DNA of 64,000 nucleotides, taken from the NCBI RefSeq assembly GCF_000142905.1, contig NW_013657647.1:124001-188000 (forward strand), given 5' to 3'. Source of the DNA: Thecamonas trahens ATCC 50062 (lineage: Eukaryota; Protista; Apusomonadida). The position numbers and the translations under genes were made by a program. Positions 22,201 to 31,556 of this stretch are shown in pieces. A model generated the notes under the pieces. That model was not told the origin of the DNA. It saw only the letters and a program-made list of their open reading frames with translations, and did no database searches. Position 1 is the stretch's first letter. The number at the start of each line of letters is the position of its first letter.

Positions 22201-22841
22201 GCTGGCTTCCGCCGCGGGCGGTGCCCAACATTGTGTCTGCCTCCGGCGTCTGTCTCCGCTCGCCGATGGTTGGCTTTATCACAGAATACTTGCACGACGC
22301 CATCTCTCTGCAGGAGTACCTAACCAATCCCGAGCTGCAACTCTCGCTCCGGTTTGGCCTCAAGATCTTCCGCGAGATTGTGGTCGGTCTTATCGCGCTC
22401 CACGCCCGCGGCCTCTTCCACGGCGCGCTTCATCCGTCGAATGTGCTTATCCAGGACAACGGCGACAGGGTCTCGCTCACCGACTACGGCTTCTTCGACA
22501 TCCGCGTCTCGCTCCAGACGGCCACCGCTGTCGGCGACGTCATCTACGCCGCTCCCGAGGTGCTGCTCGGCGAGCCGATGACCCGCCGCGCCGATATCTA
22601 CGCCCTTGGCATGATGCTCTACGGCATCATGACCGGCTCCGTCCCCACCATCACCGTCTCCTCCATGGAGTCGGCCCTCCACGTCATCCAGGGTCAGCGG
22701 CCGTCGGCGCCTCCGGGCGTCTCCAAGGAGACCTTCTCCCTCGTCGCCATCTGCTGGCACCAGTCAGCCCATGTCCGACCCACCGCCCAGCAAGTCTTGC
22801 AGATCGTCGACTCGTGGTCGGTCATCGGAATGAACGCGTAA
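19280..22841 (+). CDS. Partial kinase / class III nucleotide-cyclase-like / TKL pseudokinase protein; 5' part lost in the gap
   Basis: Kinase C-lobe end (LRPP...RCWHVEALQRPTFERI). Cyclase-like halves (FCVAFQ...VQRSMMDAKW and GMAVGITVHYG...GQTLVS). Second kinase domain (VGVGSYATTWRGAWRGSEVCIK, HGALHPSNVL, DYG, YAAPEVL, DIYALG, CWHQSAHVRPT). Confidence 0.8.
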
Positions 22842-23099
22842 TGGATATGTGCCATGGGAGAAGGCGGCGGCAGCGCGGAGTGGTGCGGCGGCGGCAGGAG
22901 AGGGGGACGAGTTGGCGCCAAAGCGAAAGAGCCGGTTCTACCTATGTTGGGGAGGCAGAGCCGGCGTCAGCATGGCCAGCGACGGTGGCGGTGACGATAC
23001 ACTTTTCTGACGACCGGCAAGAGACAGCGGGTGAGTACAGCTGCTGGCTAGGTCTTGTCCTTCCATCTGGTTGCGCTTGGTTGTCTTGGGTCTGTTGGT

Positions 23100-24815
23100 A
23101 TGGGCCTGGTGTCGTCGGTTCTGGCCGCCGACCCAGAGCAGGCGAGGTGCCAAGGGGGAGACGCTGCTGGCCATGCGCGGGGCGTGGACGATGGAAGGAA
23201 GGCGGAAATGCGCGGGGGTCTGGCATCGGATGAGAGTCTGGTATCCGATGACGAGCTGGGTTCGGACGACGAGCTGGGTTCGGACGACGAGCTGGGTTCG
23301 GACGACGAGCTGGGTTCGGACGACGAGCTGGGTTCGGACGATGAGCTGGGTTCGGACGACGAGCTGGTTTCGGACGACGAGCTGGTATCCGACGACGAGC
23401 TGGGTTCGGATGATGGCTCAGGATCCAACGACGAGTTGGCATCCCATGACGAGCTGGGTTCGGACGACGAGCTGGGTTCGGACGACGAGCTGGATTCGGA
23501 CGACGAGCTGGTATCCGACGACGAGCTGGCATCCCATGACGAGCTGGGTGCGGATGATGGCTCAGGATCCAACGACGAGTTGGCATCCCATGACGAGCTG
23601 GGTTCGGATGATGGCTCAGGATCCGACGACGAGTTGGCATCCCATGACGAGCTGGGTTCGGATGATGGCTCAGGATCCGACACCGACGCAACAGCTGCAA
23701 CCATCACTACCCGTTACCCGCGGTTCAAGGCACAGATCGAGATCGCGTTCAAGCCCTCGACAGAGCTCGGTCTGCTGCCAAACGGCAAAGGCCCATGTGG
23801 ACACGCAGGCGCTGTGACGCGGGTCCGCGGGAGAATCACTGGCGGAACGCTGACCGCCACTGGCGGCAATGTCGGCGCGCAGGTGGCGGTGGCCATGGAG
23901 CCGCAGAATACCATCTCGTCGCAGCTGACAGCCCACATCAAGACTTCGCTGGCGCTTGTGGTCGAGGGCGGCGCGGCACAGTGTGGCCTCCCGCCGTTTG
24001 CCATCGGCTCGGCAGAGGTAGACGGCGCGCAGGTTCGCGTCGCCTTGGCCGGTCTTCTCGGCTCGTCGCTCCAGCAGCAGCTCGAGACCGGCCTCCTCAC
24101 CTCAGAGCCAGCGACACTATTCAGCTCGATGGCGGCTGCGCTTGGCGAGGTCCACGCTGCCGGCCTCGTCCACACCGACGTCAAGCCTGCCAACTTTGTG
24201 CTCTGCCTCGGCGACGCCCTCCCGGTCCACCTCATCGATTTTGGCGGCGCACTGCGTGTCGCCTTTCTTTCGTCGCAGAATGCACGCGCCGTCCGCGGCT
24301 GCTGGGGCTCACCGCTCTTTATGGCGCCCGACCAGCACGTCCGCGAGCCGTACCGTGGCACGCCGGGTGCCGTCATCGCTGACGACTTGCTCTCGCTCGC
24401 TTACTCTGGTGTTGCTCTTGCCAACGGCGGCGCTCTGCCGTGGGCTGGCCTCTGCGCCAAGGCCAAGCTGACCAAGCGCGATCATGCGAGCTTGGCGGCC
24501 GCCAAGCAGCCCGACGCCGCCGCTCGCCACCTCCCGCCTCATCTTGCTGCCTTTCTGCACTCCGCCGCTGCCGCAATCAGCCCTCTCTACACTACTTCCG
24601 ACGACGAGTACCAAGCCGCCGCAGGCCGTGCGCTTGATGCCATCGTCAATGCCTTTACCAAGTCTTGTGCAAGAAGCGAGCCGGCACGCTCACCGTCGCC
24701 GCAGCCTCGACCTTCGCGCAAGCGGGCAGCACGCTCGCCGGCGCGAAAGGCGCAAAGCCCTCCGCCGGCGCGGCGCTCGACACGGCGTTCGGCGCGGCTC
24801 AGGGAGCGAGACTAA
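23100..24815 (+). CDS. Divergent casein kinase 1-like protein kinase with an N-terminal acidic repeat tract
   Basis: HTDVKPANFVL, VHLIDFG, GSPLFMA, DDLLSLAYS and LPW correspond to CK1-family subdomains VIb-X. The N-lobe is poorly recognisable. Start uncertain. Confidence 0.6.
   Translation: MGLVSSVLAADPEQARCQGGDAAGHARGVDDGRKAEMRGGLASDESLVSDDELGSDDELGSDDELGSDDELGSDDELGSDDELGSDDELVSDDELVSDDELGSDDGSGSNDELASHDELGSDDELGSDDELDSDDELVSDDELASHDELGADDGSGSNDELASHDELGSDDGSGSDDELASHDELGSDDGSGSDTDATAATITTRYPRFKAQIEIAFKPSTELGLLPNGKGPCGHAGAVTRVRGRITGGTLTATGGNVGAQVAVAMEPQNTISSQLTAHIKTSLALVVEGGAAQCGLPPFAIGSAEVDGAQVRVALAGLLGSSLQQQLETGLLTSEPATLFSSMAAALGEVHAAGLVHTDVKPANFVLCLGDALPVHLIDFGGALRVAFLSSQNARAVRGCWGSPLFMAPDQHVREPYRGTPGAVIADDLLSLAYSGVALANGGALPWAGLCAKAKLTKRDHASLAAAKQPDAAARHLPPHLAAFLHSAAAAISPLYTTSDDEYQAAAGRALDAIVNAFTKSCARSEPARSPSPQPRPSRKRAARSPARKAQSPPPARRSTRRSARLRERD
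23226..23680 (+). repeat. Coding 18-bp tandem repeat (gacgagctgggttcggac; DELGSD)
   Basis: More than 20 directly visible copies with variants. Confidence 0.95.
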
Positions 24816-26739
24816 ACAGGTCGTTATCGTAGACGAGCTTGATGGCGCCGATGTCCTCAGCGCAGCACCAGGCGGCAGCGCTCTTAAAGTACGCCCGATT
24901 AAAATAGTCTACGTCACCGGACTTGACGAGGCCGGTCAGGGCCTTGTCGACAGACGAAAAGTGGATGACGGCCACATCGTCGTAGTCGGCAAGCCGCTTG
25001 GCCCAGCCGGCGTCCGAAGTCGGCGCGTGGAAGTGGAGCACGTCGTTGTCGTGGGCCACCACTTGGCCGGAAGGGTCGAGCGAAAAGTGCGAGTCGGCGT
25101 CGGCGTCGAGATCGTCGGCGGCGTGGGCTGCGTCGGCCTCGCAGTCGGCGCAAAAGGTGACGGTCACCCGCGAGCGGAGGAGCGACGCCGGAACCTTGGG
25201 GTTCTCCAGGAAGCTCGACTCGCGAAAATCGAGGCCCGAGTCGACCCGGAGGTGATACGGGTTGAGGATGTGGTCGAGAGGGCAGGCGGTGGGGAAGCCC
25301 ATGTCTTTGGTCCCACTCAGCATGCAACCGTCGCCGAGGAACCACCAGTACGTGTCGCAAAGGCACTGGACCCGCGGGAGAATGAGGATGCGGCCCATGG
25401 CGCGCGCAAGGGCAAAGGCTTGCATCACCTGCGCCACCTGCAGCTTGCCCAGCGCAATGTGCTTGGTCGGCACAGCCTTGGACGGCACAAACTCGGGCTC
25501 GAGCATGTCCGACGGAATATTGAGGTCAAAGGCCAGGAACTTGCCGCGGTAGTACTCGGGTGGGTCGTGGAAGAGCTGATGCTGCCGCATGGCCATGATC
25601 TTGCCGTCCATCCGCCCAAACTGGAACGTCGAATGGGCCATGAACGGGAAGAACCCGAGCCGCTGCGGGAGCCGCTGTGTGTAGAACACGTGCCCGTTGC
25701 AGAAGAGCAGCGTCGGTAGGTCGGCCGTCCGCAACCGCTTGTTCCACACTAGCGAGACTCGCGAGAGTCGGTCCGTCCGCTCAAAGCCTTCGTTCATCAA
25801 CTGCATGAGCGCAGCCTGGTCGAGAATGTCGAGGTCGGCGTGCATGGCGTCGACCCACGCCGAAAGGAACGCGTTCGACGCCGGTGTCGGCCGGATGTAC
25901 ATGATCCCGATGCAGTAGTAGTGCAAGTAGTTCTGCTTCTCGTTGTCCGGCCCGTCGCTGATGTCCGGCGCATGAATTCGGTCCGTCGAGAGCATCATGT
26001 CTGTGTGCTGGCCGTAGAGCTTGAGCCACGGAAACGGGTTGCGCATGACCACAGCATCGACGTCGGTCGCAAGCACCGAGTAGCCCCACGAGACAATCTC
26101 AGTAATGACCGCGTACTTGAGCCGGTTGAGCTGCTTGAACGTCGCCGACCGCAAATGGTCCGAGTCGGCAAACACAACTTCAGCGTCAAGGAGCGCCACA
26201 GGCACGCCCATGCCCACCAGATACTCCTCAAGCTTGTCGTCAAAGGCGCAGACAAGGATGTTGGAGATGCCGGCCTCCTCAGCCCCCAGATACAGATTGA
26301 GAGCCAGGTCTTTGAACAGATAGTTAGAGAAGGCAATCATGACGTTGTGGTCCGCATCAGCAATGCTCGCCACAACCTCTTTGGTCAGCAGCCCAAGCCG
26401 TGGTCCAGCATTGCCATGCCCGTGCGCATGCTCCTCCACGCTGTCGTCCTCGGCGTTGGCCGCTTGCTTCCGGTTCGCCAGCGCCACATGCTTATGCGGT
26501 GACGCCGTCCCGCCTTGGCCTCCACCTTGACCTCCGCCTTGGCCTCCGCCTTGACCTCGGTTGCTGTCAGAGACAAAGCCGCCCATAGCCCAGCCGGCCT
26601 CTCCGCCACTCCGGCTGCTGCTTCCCCGCGAGGCGACCAACCATGTCATCGAGACCACCGCCAGTCCAGCCAAGCAGAGCCAAAGCCACGTCCGACGCCC
26701 GCGTCTGCTCCCACTGAGCGACATACGTGCCGGATACAT
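24799..26739 (-). CDS. GT77 / nucleotide-diphospho-sugar transferase, XEG113-like type II membrane glycosyltransferase
   Basis: N-terminal signal anchor; ATDVDAVVMRNPF (DxD motif), DQAAL, FCNGHVFYTQR; C-terminal ALARAMGRILILP..CLCD.YW..CPLDHIL..FRESSFLENP extension typical of XEG113. Confidence 0.8.
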   Translation of the reverse strand: MYPARMSLSGSRRGRRTWLWLCLAGLAVVSMTWLVASRGSSSRSGGEAGWAMGGFVSDSNRGQGGGQGGGQGGGQGGTASPHKHVALANRKQAANAEDDSVEEHAHGHGNAGPRLGLLTKEVVASIADADHNVMIAFSNYLFKDLALNLYLGAEEAGISNILVCAFDDKLEEYLVGMGVPVALLDAEVVFADSDHLRSATFKQLNRLKYAVITEIVSWGYSVLATDVDAVVMRNPFPWLKLYGQHTDMMLSTDRIHAPDISDGPDNEKQNYLHYYCIGIMYIRPTPASNAFLSAWVDAMHADLDILDQAALMQLMNEGFERTDRLSRVSLVWNKRLRTADLPTLLFCNGHVFYTQRLPQRLGFFPFMAHSTFQFGRMDGKIMAMRQHQLFHDPPEYYRGKFLAFDLNIPSDMLEPEFVPSKAVPTKHIALGKLQVAQVMQAFALARAMGRILILPRVQCLCDTYWWFLGDGCMLSGTKDMGFPTACPLDHILNPYHLRVDSGLDFRESSFLENPKVPASLLRSRVTVTFCADCEADAAHAADDLDADADSHFSLDPSGQVVAHDNDVLHFHAPTSDAGWAKRLADYDDVAVIHFSSVDKALTGLVKSGDVDYFNRAYFKSAAAWCCAEDIGAIKLVYDNDLFSLAP

Positions 26740-26987
26740 TTGACGGAGAGGAGAGGATGGCCGTGAATGCAGAGGGTATGTATGGCGAGAGGGAAGGGGG
26801 GGGGGGGGGGGGAGGGGAGGGAGGGGGAGAGAGGGCGAGGAGGAGTGGAGTAGCTGTGCCTATGGGTCCATGGCTGGACAGCTCGACCACGATCGATCAC
26901 AACCTGATCACCGGCTGATCACACACATGCACACACACATACACACACACACAAACACCTGCCACTACACCCAGTTGTTGCTGATCA

Positions 26988-27993
26988 ATGGAAAACCGGT
27001 CGCGTACTCGGGATGATGGTCTCACTCCCATGATCATCGTCTCGCCCGAAGCAGCTGGTCTAGTGCGTCTTCTGCAAGAGAGTGGCTACCGTGCACGCGT
27101 GGGTGCGTTGGTCATGCATGTGTCGTGTGATCAGCAAAGCTGGCGAGGGGGGGGGGGGGAAGGCGTAGCGAGGACGACGGGCACAGGCATGGCCTGCTAC
27201 GGGCGAGAGTGGTGACGCAGCGCACTGTCAAGATAGGGGACGTACTCACGTATCCTCCCCTCACGTTTGGCTTGTCTCCTCACCTGCAACAGGGCCATCA
27301 CTGCCCGGGAGTGGCGGGGCGCAGGTGCTGGTGCCGCAGAAAAAGGTCGCACTTGGATGGGCGGCGAGCGAGGCGGAAGCGATGGCAACGGCGAGGTCTC
27401 TGCGGTGCGAGTTTGGCAACGGCTACACGCGCTTTCTCGTCCTTGCGCTCTCGATCGATGACATGGAGTCGGTGCTGGCTGCAGTACAGGCTGAGGTGCT
27501 GACCGACCGGCCAGGCGTCGGGCTTGGCCGCGCCCCGGTCCGCCGCTGTGTCCAGGTTGTGCCATGCGGAAGCCCAGACGAGCTGCTCGAGACGGCGCTG
27601 GTAGCGCTTGAGGCGGTGCTAGAGGATCCCAATAGCGAGGGCGGGATTTTCGCCACAGAGGCGTTGGACGTGGGCGCGCGGATGGCGGAGGCGCTGGCAG
27701 TGATGGTGCCCGGCGAGGAGCCGCGCGTGGCGACCGCGCGCGCGTTTCTTGCTCAGTTCACCATGGCGTCGCTGGCAGAGCTGGCGGTGGCAGCGACTCA
27801 TGACGGGCAGCACACGCCGGATGAGGCCATGCTCGCCTCGGCACTCGCCGACGGACTCGCAACCGATGCCCGTGAGAGGCCGAATGGAGTCAACTCGAGC
27901 CAGTCGGCCAGCGAAACGCTCAGCGACCTCGTCGCCGTCGCCAGCACCATCACCGAACAGCTTGCCGCTACCGATGAGCGCCTAGCAGCGTAG
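26988..27993 (+). CDS. Putative inactive ERCC4/XPF-fold + HhH protein (ERCC1/FAAP24/SPO16-like), with two predicted introns (~27099-27220 and ~27242-27324)
   Basis: Splicing at GT..AG gives MIIVSPEAAGLVRLLQESGYRAR-RTVKIGD-VLVPQKKVALGW..., followed by an HhH-like LAVMVPG...ARAFLAQFTMASLAELA. Similarity judged by eye only. Confidence 0.35.
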
Positions 27994-28597
27994 CAGAGAC
28001 CATTGTAGCATGAAGCAGCCTGCGAGTTACCGAGCTCCTCAAGTGCTTGGCTGCAGCAGAGTGGCAAACCAACTACGCGCACCGGATACGGTCAAGCCGA
28101 GAACGGTGCGCACGACATGGATTGAGTAGTGGCCGAGTCTCCGCCAGCCAAGCGACGGCCGGTCACACAGCTCTCGCAAGCGGTCATGGGTGTGGGATAC
28201 TCGACCAAAGCGCCGTCTGCGGCGGAGCTGAGCCACCTGACGGCCAACTCTGAGAGTAAGTGACATAGTTCAGGGAGGGGCGTGGGGGGGGGGGGAGGGC
28301 GTGGTGGTGACAGGGGTGGTGGCGGGCTAGCTGGCGGGCGGGCGGTGGGTGCGGGTGTGTCCGTTGGCCTGGTCCATTCAAGCGACTTCTGGTCAGCGCA
28401 GCCAAACATAACAAACGAATGTTCGACCAGTGGTGGGCGACAGGGGGGGGGGGGGATTTGGGGGGTAACGGGGGAGGGAGAGGGCGAAGGGAGGGGGAAG
28501 GGAGGGAGGCACAGTGTGTTTGACGGGGAGATAAGGGGGGACATGGCTCACACATGGGAATGGGGAGGGAGTAGTTGGACGGGATGAGCTGTCTGCC

Positions 28598-30829
28598 ATG
28601 GTTGCGGCGCTGCAAAAAATCGAATCGGGCCGTCTGTCCGAGTCAAAGTGGATGGAGGTGGCTGAACAGGTGGGCTTTGGCACCACCCGCCAGTTCCGCC
28701 GCGACTTCTTCAAGCTGTTTGCCGACTCTGGCAAGATGTTTGTGAAGGAGTTTGCTGTCTTCTGTGTCCTTTTGCACACCACCTCGGCCAAGACCATGGT
28801 CTCTGCTCTTGCAGGCTTGTTTGATCCGGCGGGTCTGGATGAGCGCGAGGTCAAGACCTTGTTTGTCATGATCGCCATGTCGGTCAAGCGATGCAACTTT
28901 GTCCTGCCTGGCCTGGTGCCCGAGTTTGACACCACCATTCCAGCCTTTCTTCTGCCGTCGTCCGAGAAGCGCCCGCTGCACAAGGTCGCTGCCCAGCTGT
29001 TTGCCGAGGTCGATGTCAACAACGACGGCATCATCTCGCAGGAGGAGCTGAAGAAGTTCCTCAAGTCGTCCAAGGTCAAGGAGGTTGCCGACTACTTTAA
29101 GGTGGTGGCCTCGGCGCTGCCCAAGTCGCGTCCGGCCGGCACCGTTGACGCCACCCTTATTGGCGGCGGCGCGATGGCGACGACGTCCAAGCGCCGCAAG
29201 AAGACGAAGAAGAAGACAAGCAGCAAGAAGAGGCGCCGCAAGTCGACAACCGGCGCCTCATCGACCAAGAAGCGGCGGAAGAAGAAGCGGCGGGTATCGG
29301 CCGACGGCGGGGGTACGACGACGACGACGACGACGACAAGCAAGAAGAAGCGGCGGAGAAAGTCAACCGGCGGAAGCACCAAGAAGCGCCGCAAGAAGAA
29401 GCGGACAACGAGTACCTCGACCAAGACTGTGGCGTCGGCCGACGGGACGCGGACCAAGAAACGCCGCAAGAAGAGCACCAAGAAGAAGCGGGTCAAGAAG
29501 CAGGTCGCCGACGACGGGACTGCGACGACCACGGCGACGGTTGTCAAGACCGACGCCGCCGCAAGCGTCAAGAGCTCCAAGGGCTCCAAGGGCTCCAAGT
29601 CCAAACGCCACAAGCACCGCAAGCGGGTCGTGACGACGGTCATTGAGAAGCCAATGTCCGACGAGGCCGACGGTGCTGCGGCCTCGGGTTCGGACTCGGG
29701 CTCAGGCGAGTCGGAATCGAGCTCCAGCTCCAGCTCCAGCTCCAGCTCCAGCTCCAGCTCCAGCTCCAGCTCCAGCGCGAGTGCAGGCAAGGCTAGCGGC
29801 AAGGGCAAGGGCAAGGGCAAGGGCAAGCGGCCAGAGCGCGACGCCAAGGGCCGGCCGATCGCGTATGTGCGCGACCACTCGCATCCGTCCAACTCGGCGT
29901 ACACGTACACGTACACAATGCCCTCGGATGAGCCGGAGCGCCAGCAGAGCAAGACGAAGAAGAGCGGAAGCAAGAAGAGCAAGAAGAGCAAGAAGAGCAA
30001 GGGCAAGGGCAAGGCTGCGCCGCGGCCCAAGTACCGGCGGCGCAAGAAGCTTGCGGAGCGTGGTTCGGGCTCGTTCTCGTCGGACGTGGCTGCCGAGGTC
30101 TCGGGCTCCGACCTCATCATTCGCATCAACCGGCGGTCGTTGGAGCGGCCCGGACACCGCGGCTCGCTGCGGTCGACAGGCGGTGCGGCGCGGGTCATGG
30201 TTGTCGACGCCGGCGCGTCACTGCGGGCCTCGCACCGCTCGCTCGGGCGCTCGCACCTCCGTACCCGCTCGCTCTCGCGCTCACGCTCGCGCAAGCCGCT
30301 TGTGCTCGTCGCCTCGGACTCGGGCTCGGATCTGGCGTACCTCTCGGCTGGCTCGGACTCGCCCATCATCATCCGCAAGTCAAAGCACCGCCACAAGCAC
30401 CGCCACAAGCACAAGGGTAAGGGCAAGAAGAAGAGCAAGCACAAGCACAAGCACAAGTCCAAGCACAAGTCCAAGCACAAGTCCAAGCACAAGTCCAAGC
30501 ACAAGTCCAAGTCCAAGGCCAAGTCCAAGGCCGGCTCTGACTCGAACGATGACGCTGGCCCTAGCAGTGACAACAGCAACGGCTCGGCCGCTTTGGATGC
30601 TGCGGCGTCTGATGGCAAGGCCAAGGCCAAGGGCAAGTCCAAGAAGGCCAAGGCCAAGGGCAAGTCCAAGAAGGCCAAGGCCAAGGGCAAGTCCAAGAAG
30701 GCCAAGTCGAGCAAGAAGGCGTCCAAGTCCAAGTCGAGCAAGAAGGCGTCCAAGGGCAAGGGCAAGTCAAGCAAGAAGGCGTCCAAGTCCAAGGTTAGCG
30801 CCGAGTCCAGCGCTAGCACCAGTGCATAA
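28598..30829 (+). CDS. EF-hand protein with a very long Lys/Ser/His-rich basic tail
   Basis: Canonical EF loop DVNNDGIISQEE in a calcineurin-B/NCS-like N-terminal region, followed by KKRRKK and (KHKS)n tracts. An upstream exon is possible. Confidence 0.7.
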   Translation: MVAALQKIESGRLSESKWMEVAEQVGFGTTRQFRRDFFKLFADSGKMFVKEFAVFCVLLHTTSAKTMVSALAGLFDPAGLDEREVKTLFVMIAMSVKRCNFVLPGLVPEFDTTIPAFLLPSSEKRPLHKVAAQLFAEVDVNNDGIISQEELKKFLKSSKVKEVADYFKVVASALPKSRPAGTVDATLIGGGAMATTSKRRKKTKKKTSSKKRRRKSTTGASSTKKRRKKKRRVSADGGGTTTTTTTTSKKKRRRKSTGGSTKKRRKKKRTTSTSTKTVASADGTRTKKRRKKSTKKKRVKKQVADDGTATTTATVVKTDAAASVKSSKGSKGSKSKRHKHRKRVVTTVIEKPMSDEADGAAASGSDSGSGESESSSSSSSSSSSSSSSSSSSSASAGKASGKGKGKGKGKRPERDAKGRPIAYVRDHSHPSNSAYTYTYTMPSDEPERQQSKTKKSGSKKSKKSKKSKGKGKAAPRPKYRRRKKLAERGSGSFSSDVAAEVSGSDLIIRINRRSLERPGHRGSLRSTGGAARVMVVDAGASLRASHRSLGRSHLRTRSLSRSRSRKPLVLVASDSGSDLAYLSAGSDSPIIIRKSKHRHKHRHKHKGKGKKKSKHKHKHKSKHKSKHKSKHKSKHKSKSKAKSKAGSDSNDDAGPSSDNSNGSAALDAAASDGKAKAKGKSKKAKAKGKSKKAKAKGKSKKAKSSKKASKSKSSKKASKGKGKSSKKASKSKVSAESSASTSA

Positions 30830-31503
30830 ACCCAACTACCCGCGACCGTGCGCACCGCGCCGTCAGCGATCCTCCGATTCCCCCGATGCCTGTCCCGTCC
30901 CGCACATGTGAGCACCTGTCCTGTGCCACAAGTCCCACCCCACCCCCCCCTCCCCCNNNNNNNNNNNNNNNNNNNNNNNNNNNNNNNNNNNNNNNNNNNN
31001 NNNNNNNNNNNNNNNNNNNNNNNNNNNNNNNNNNNNNNNNNNNNNNNNNNNNNNNNNNNNNNNNNNNNNNNNNNNNNNNNNNNNNNNNNNNNNNNNNNNN
31101 NNNNNNNNNNNNNNNNNNNNNNNNNNNNNNNNNNNNNNNNNNNNNNNNNNNNNNNNNNNNNNNNNNNNNNNNNNNNNNNNNNNNNNNNNNNNNNNNNNNN
31201 NNNNNNNNNNNNNNNNNNNNNNNNNNNNNNNNNNNNNNNNNNNNNNNNNNNNNNNNNNNNNNNNNNNNNNNNNNNNNNNNNNNNNNNNNNNNNNNNNNNN
31301 NNNNNNNNNNNNNNNNNNNNNNNNNNNNNNNNNNNNNNNNNNNNNNNNNNNNNNNNNNNNNNNNNNNNNNNNNNNNNNNNNNNNNNNNNNNNNNNNNNNN
31401 NNNNNNNNNNNNNNNNNNNNNNNNNNNNNNNNNNNNNNNNNNNNNNNNNNNNNNNNNNNNNNNNNNNNNNNNNNNNNNNNNNNNNNNNNNNNNNNNNNNN
31501 NNN

Positions 31504-31555
31504 CCCCCACCACCACCACCACCACCACCACCACCACCACCACCACCACCACCAC
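31504..31555. repeat. (CAC)n microsatellite directly upstream of the kinase ATG
   Basis: Directly visible. Confidence 0.9.
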
Positions 31556-31556
31556 T

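Noticed and set aside
23226-23680. 18-bp repeats as a CRISPR or regulatory array
   Set aside because: In-frame coding repeat without spacers.
29092-30915. Long antisense and alternate-frame ORFs (also 2007-3734, 19958-21277, 21416-23233, 33529-34842)
   Set aside because: Shadow ORFs expected from high GC and repetitive coding sequence; no domain motifs.
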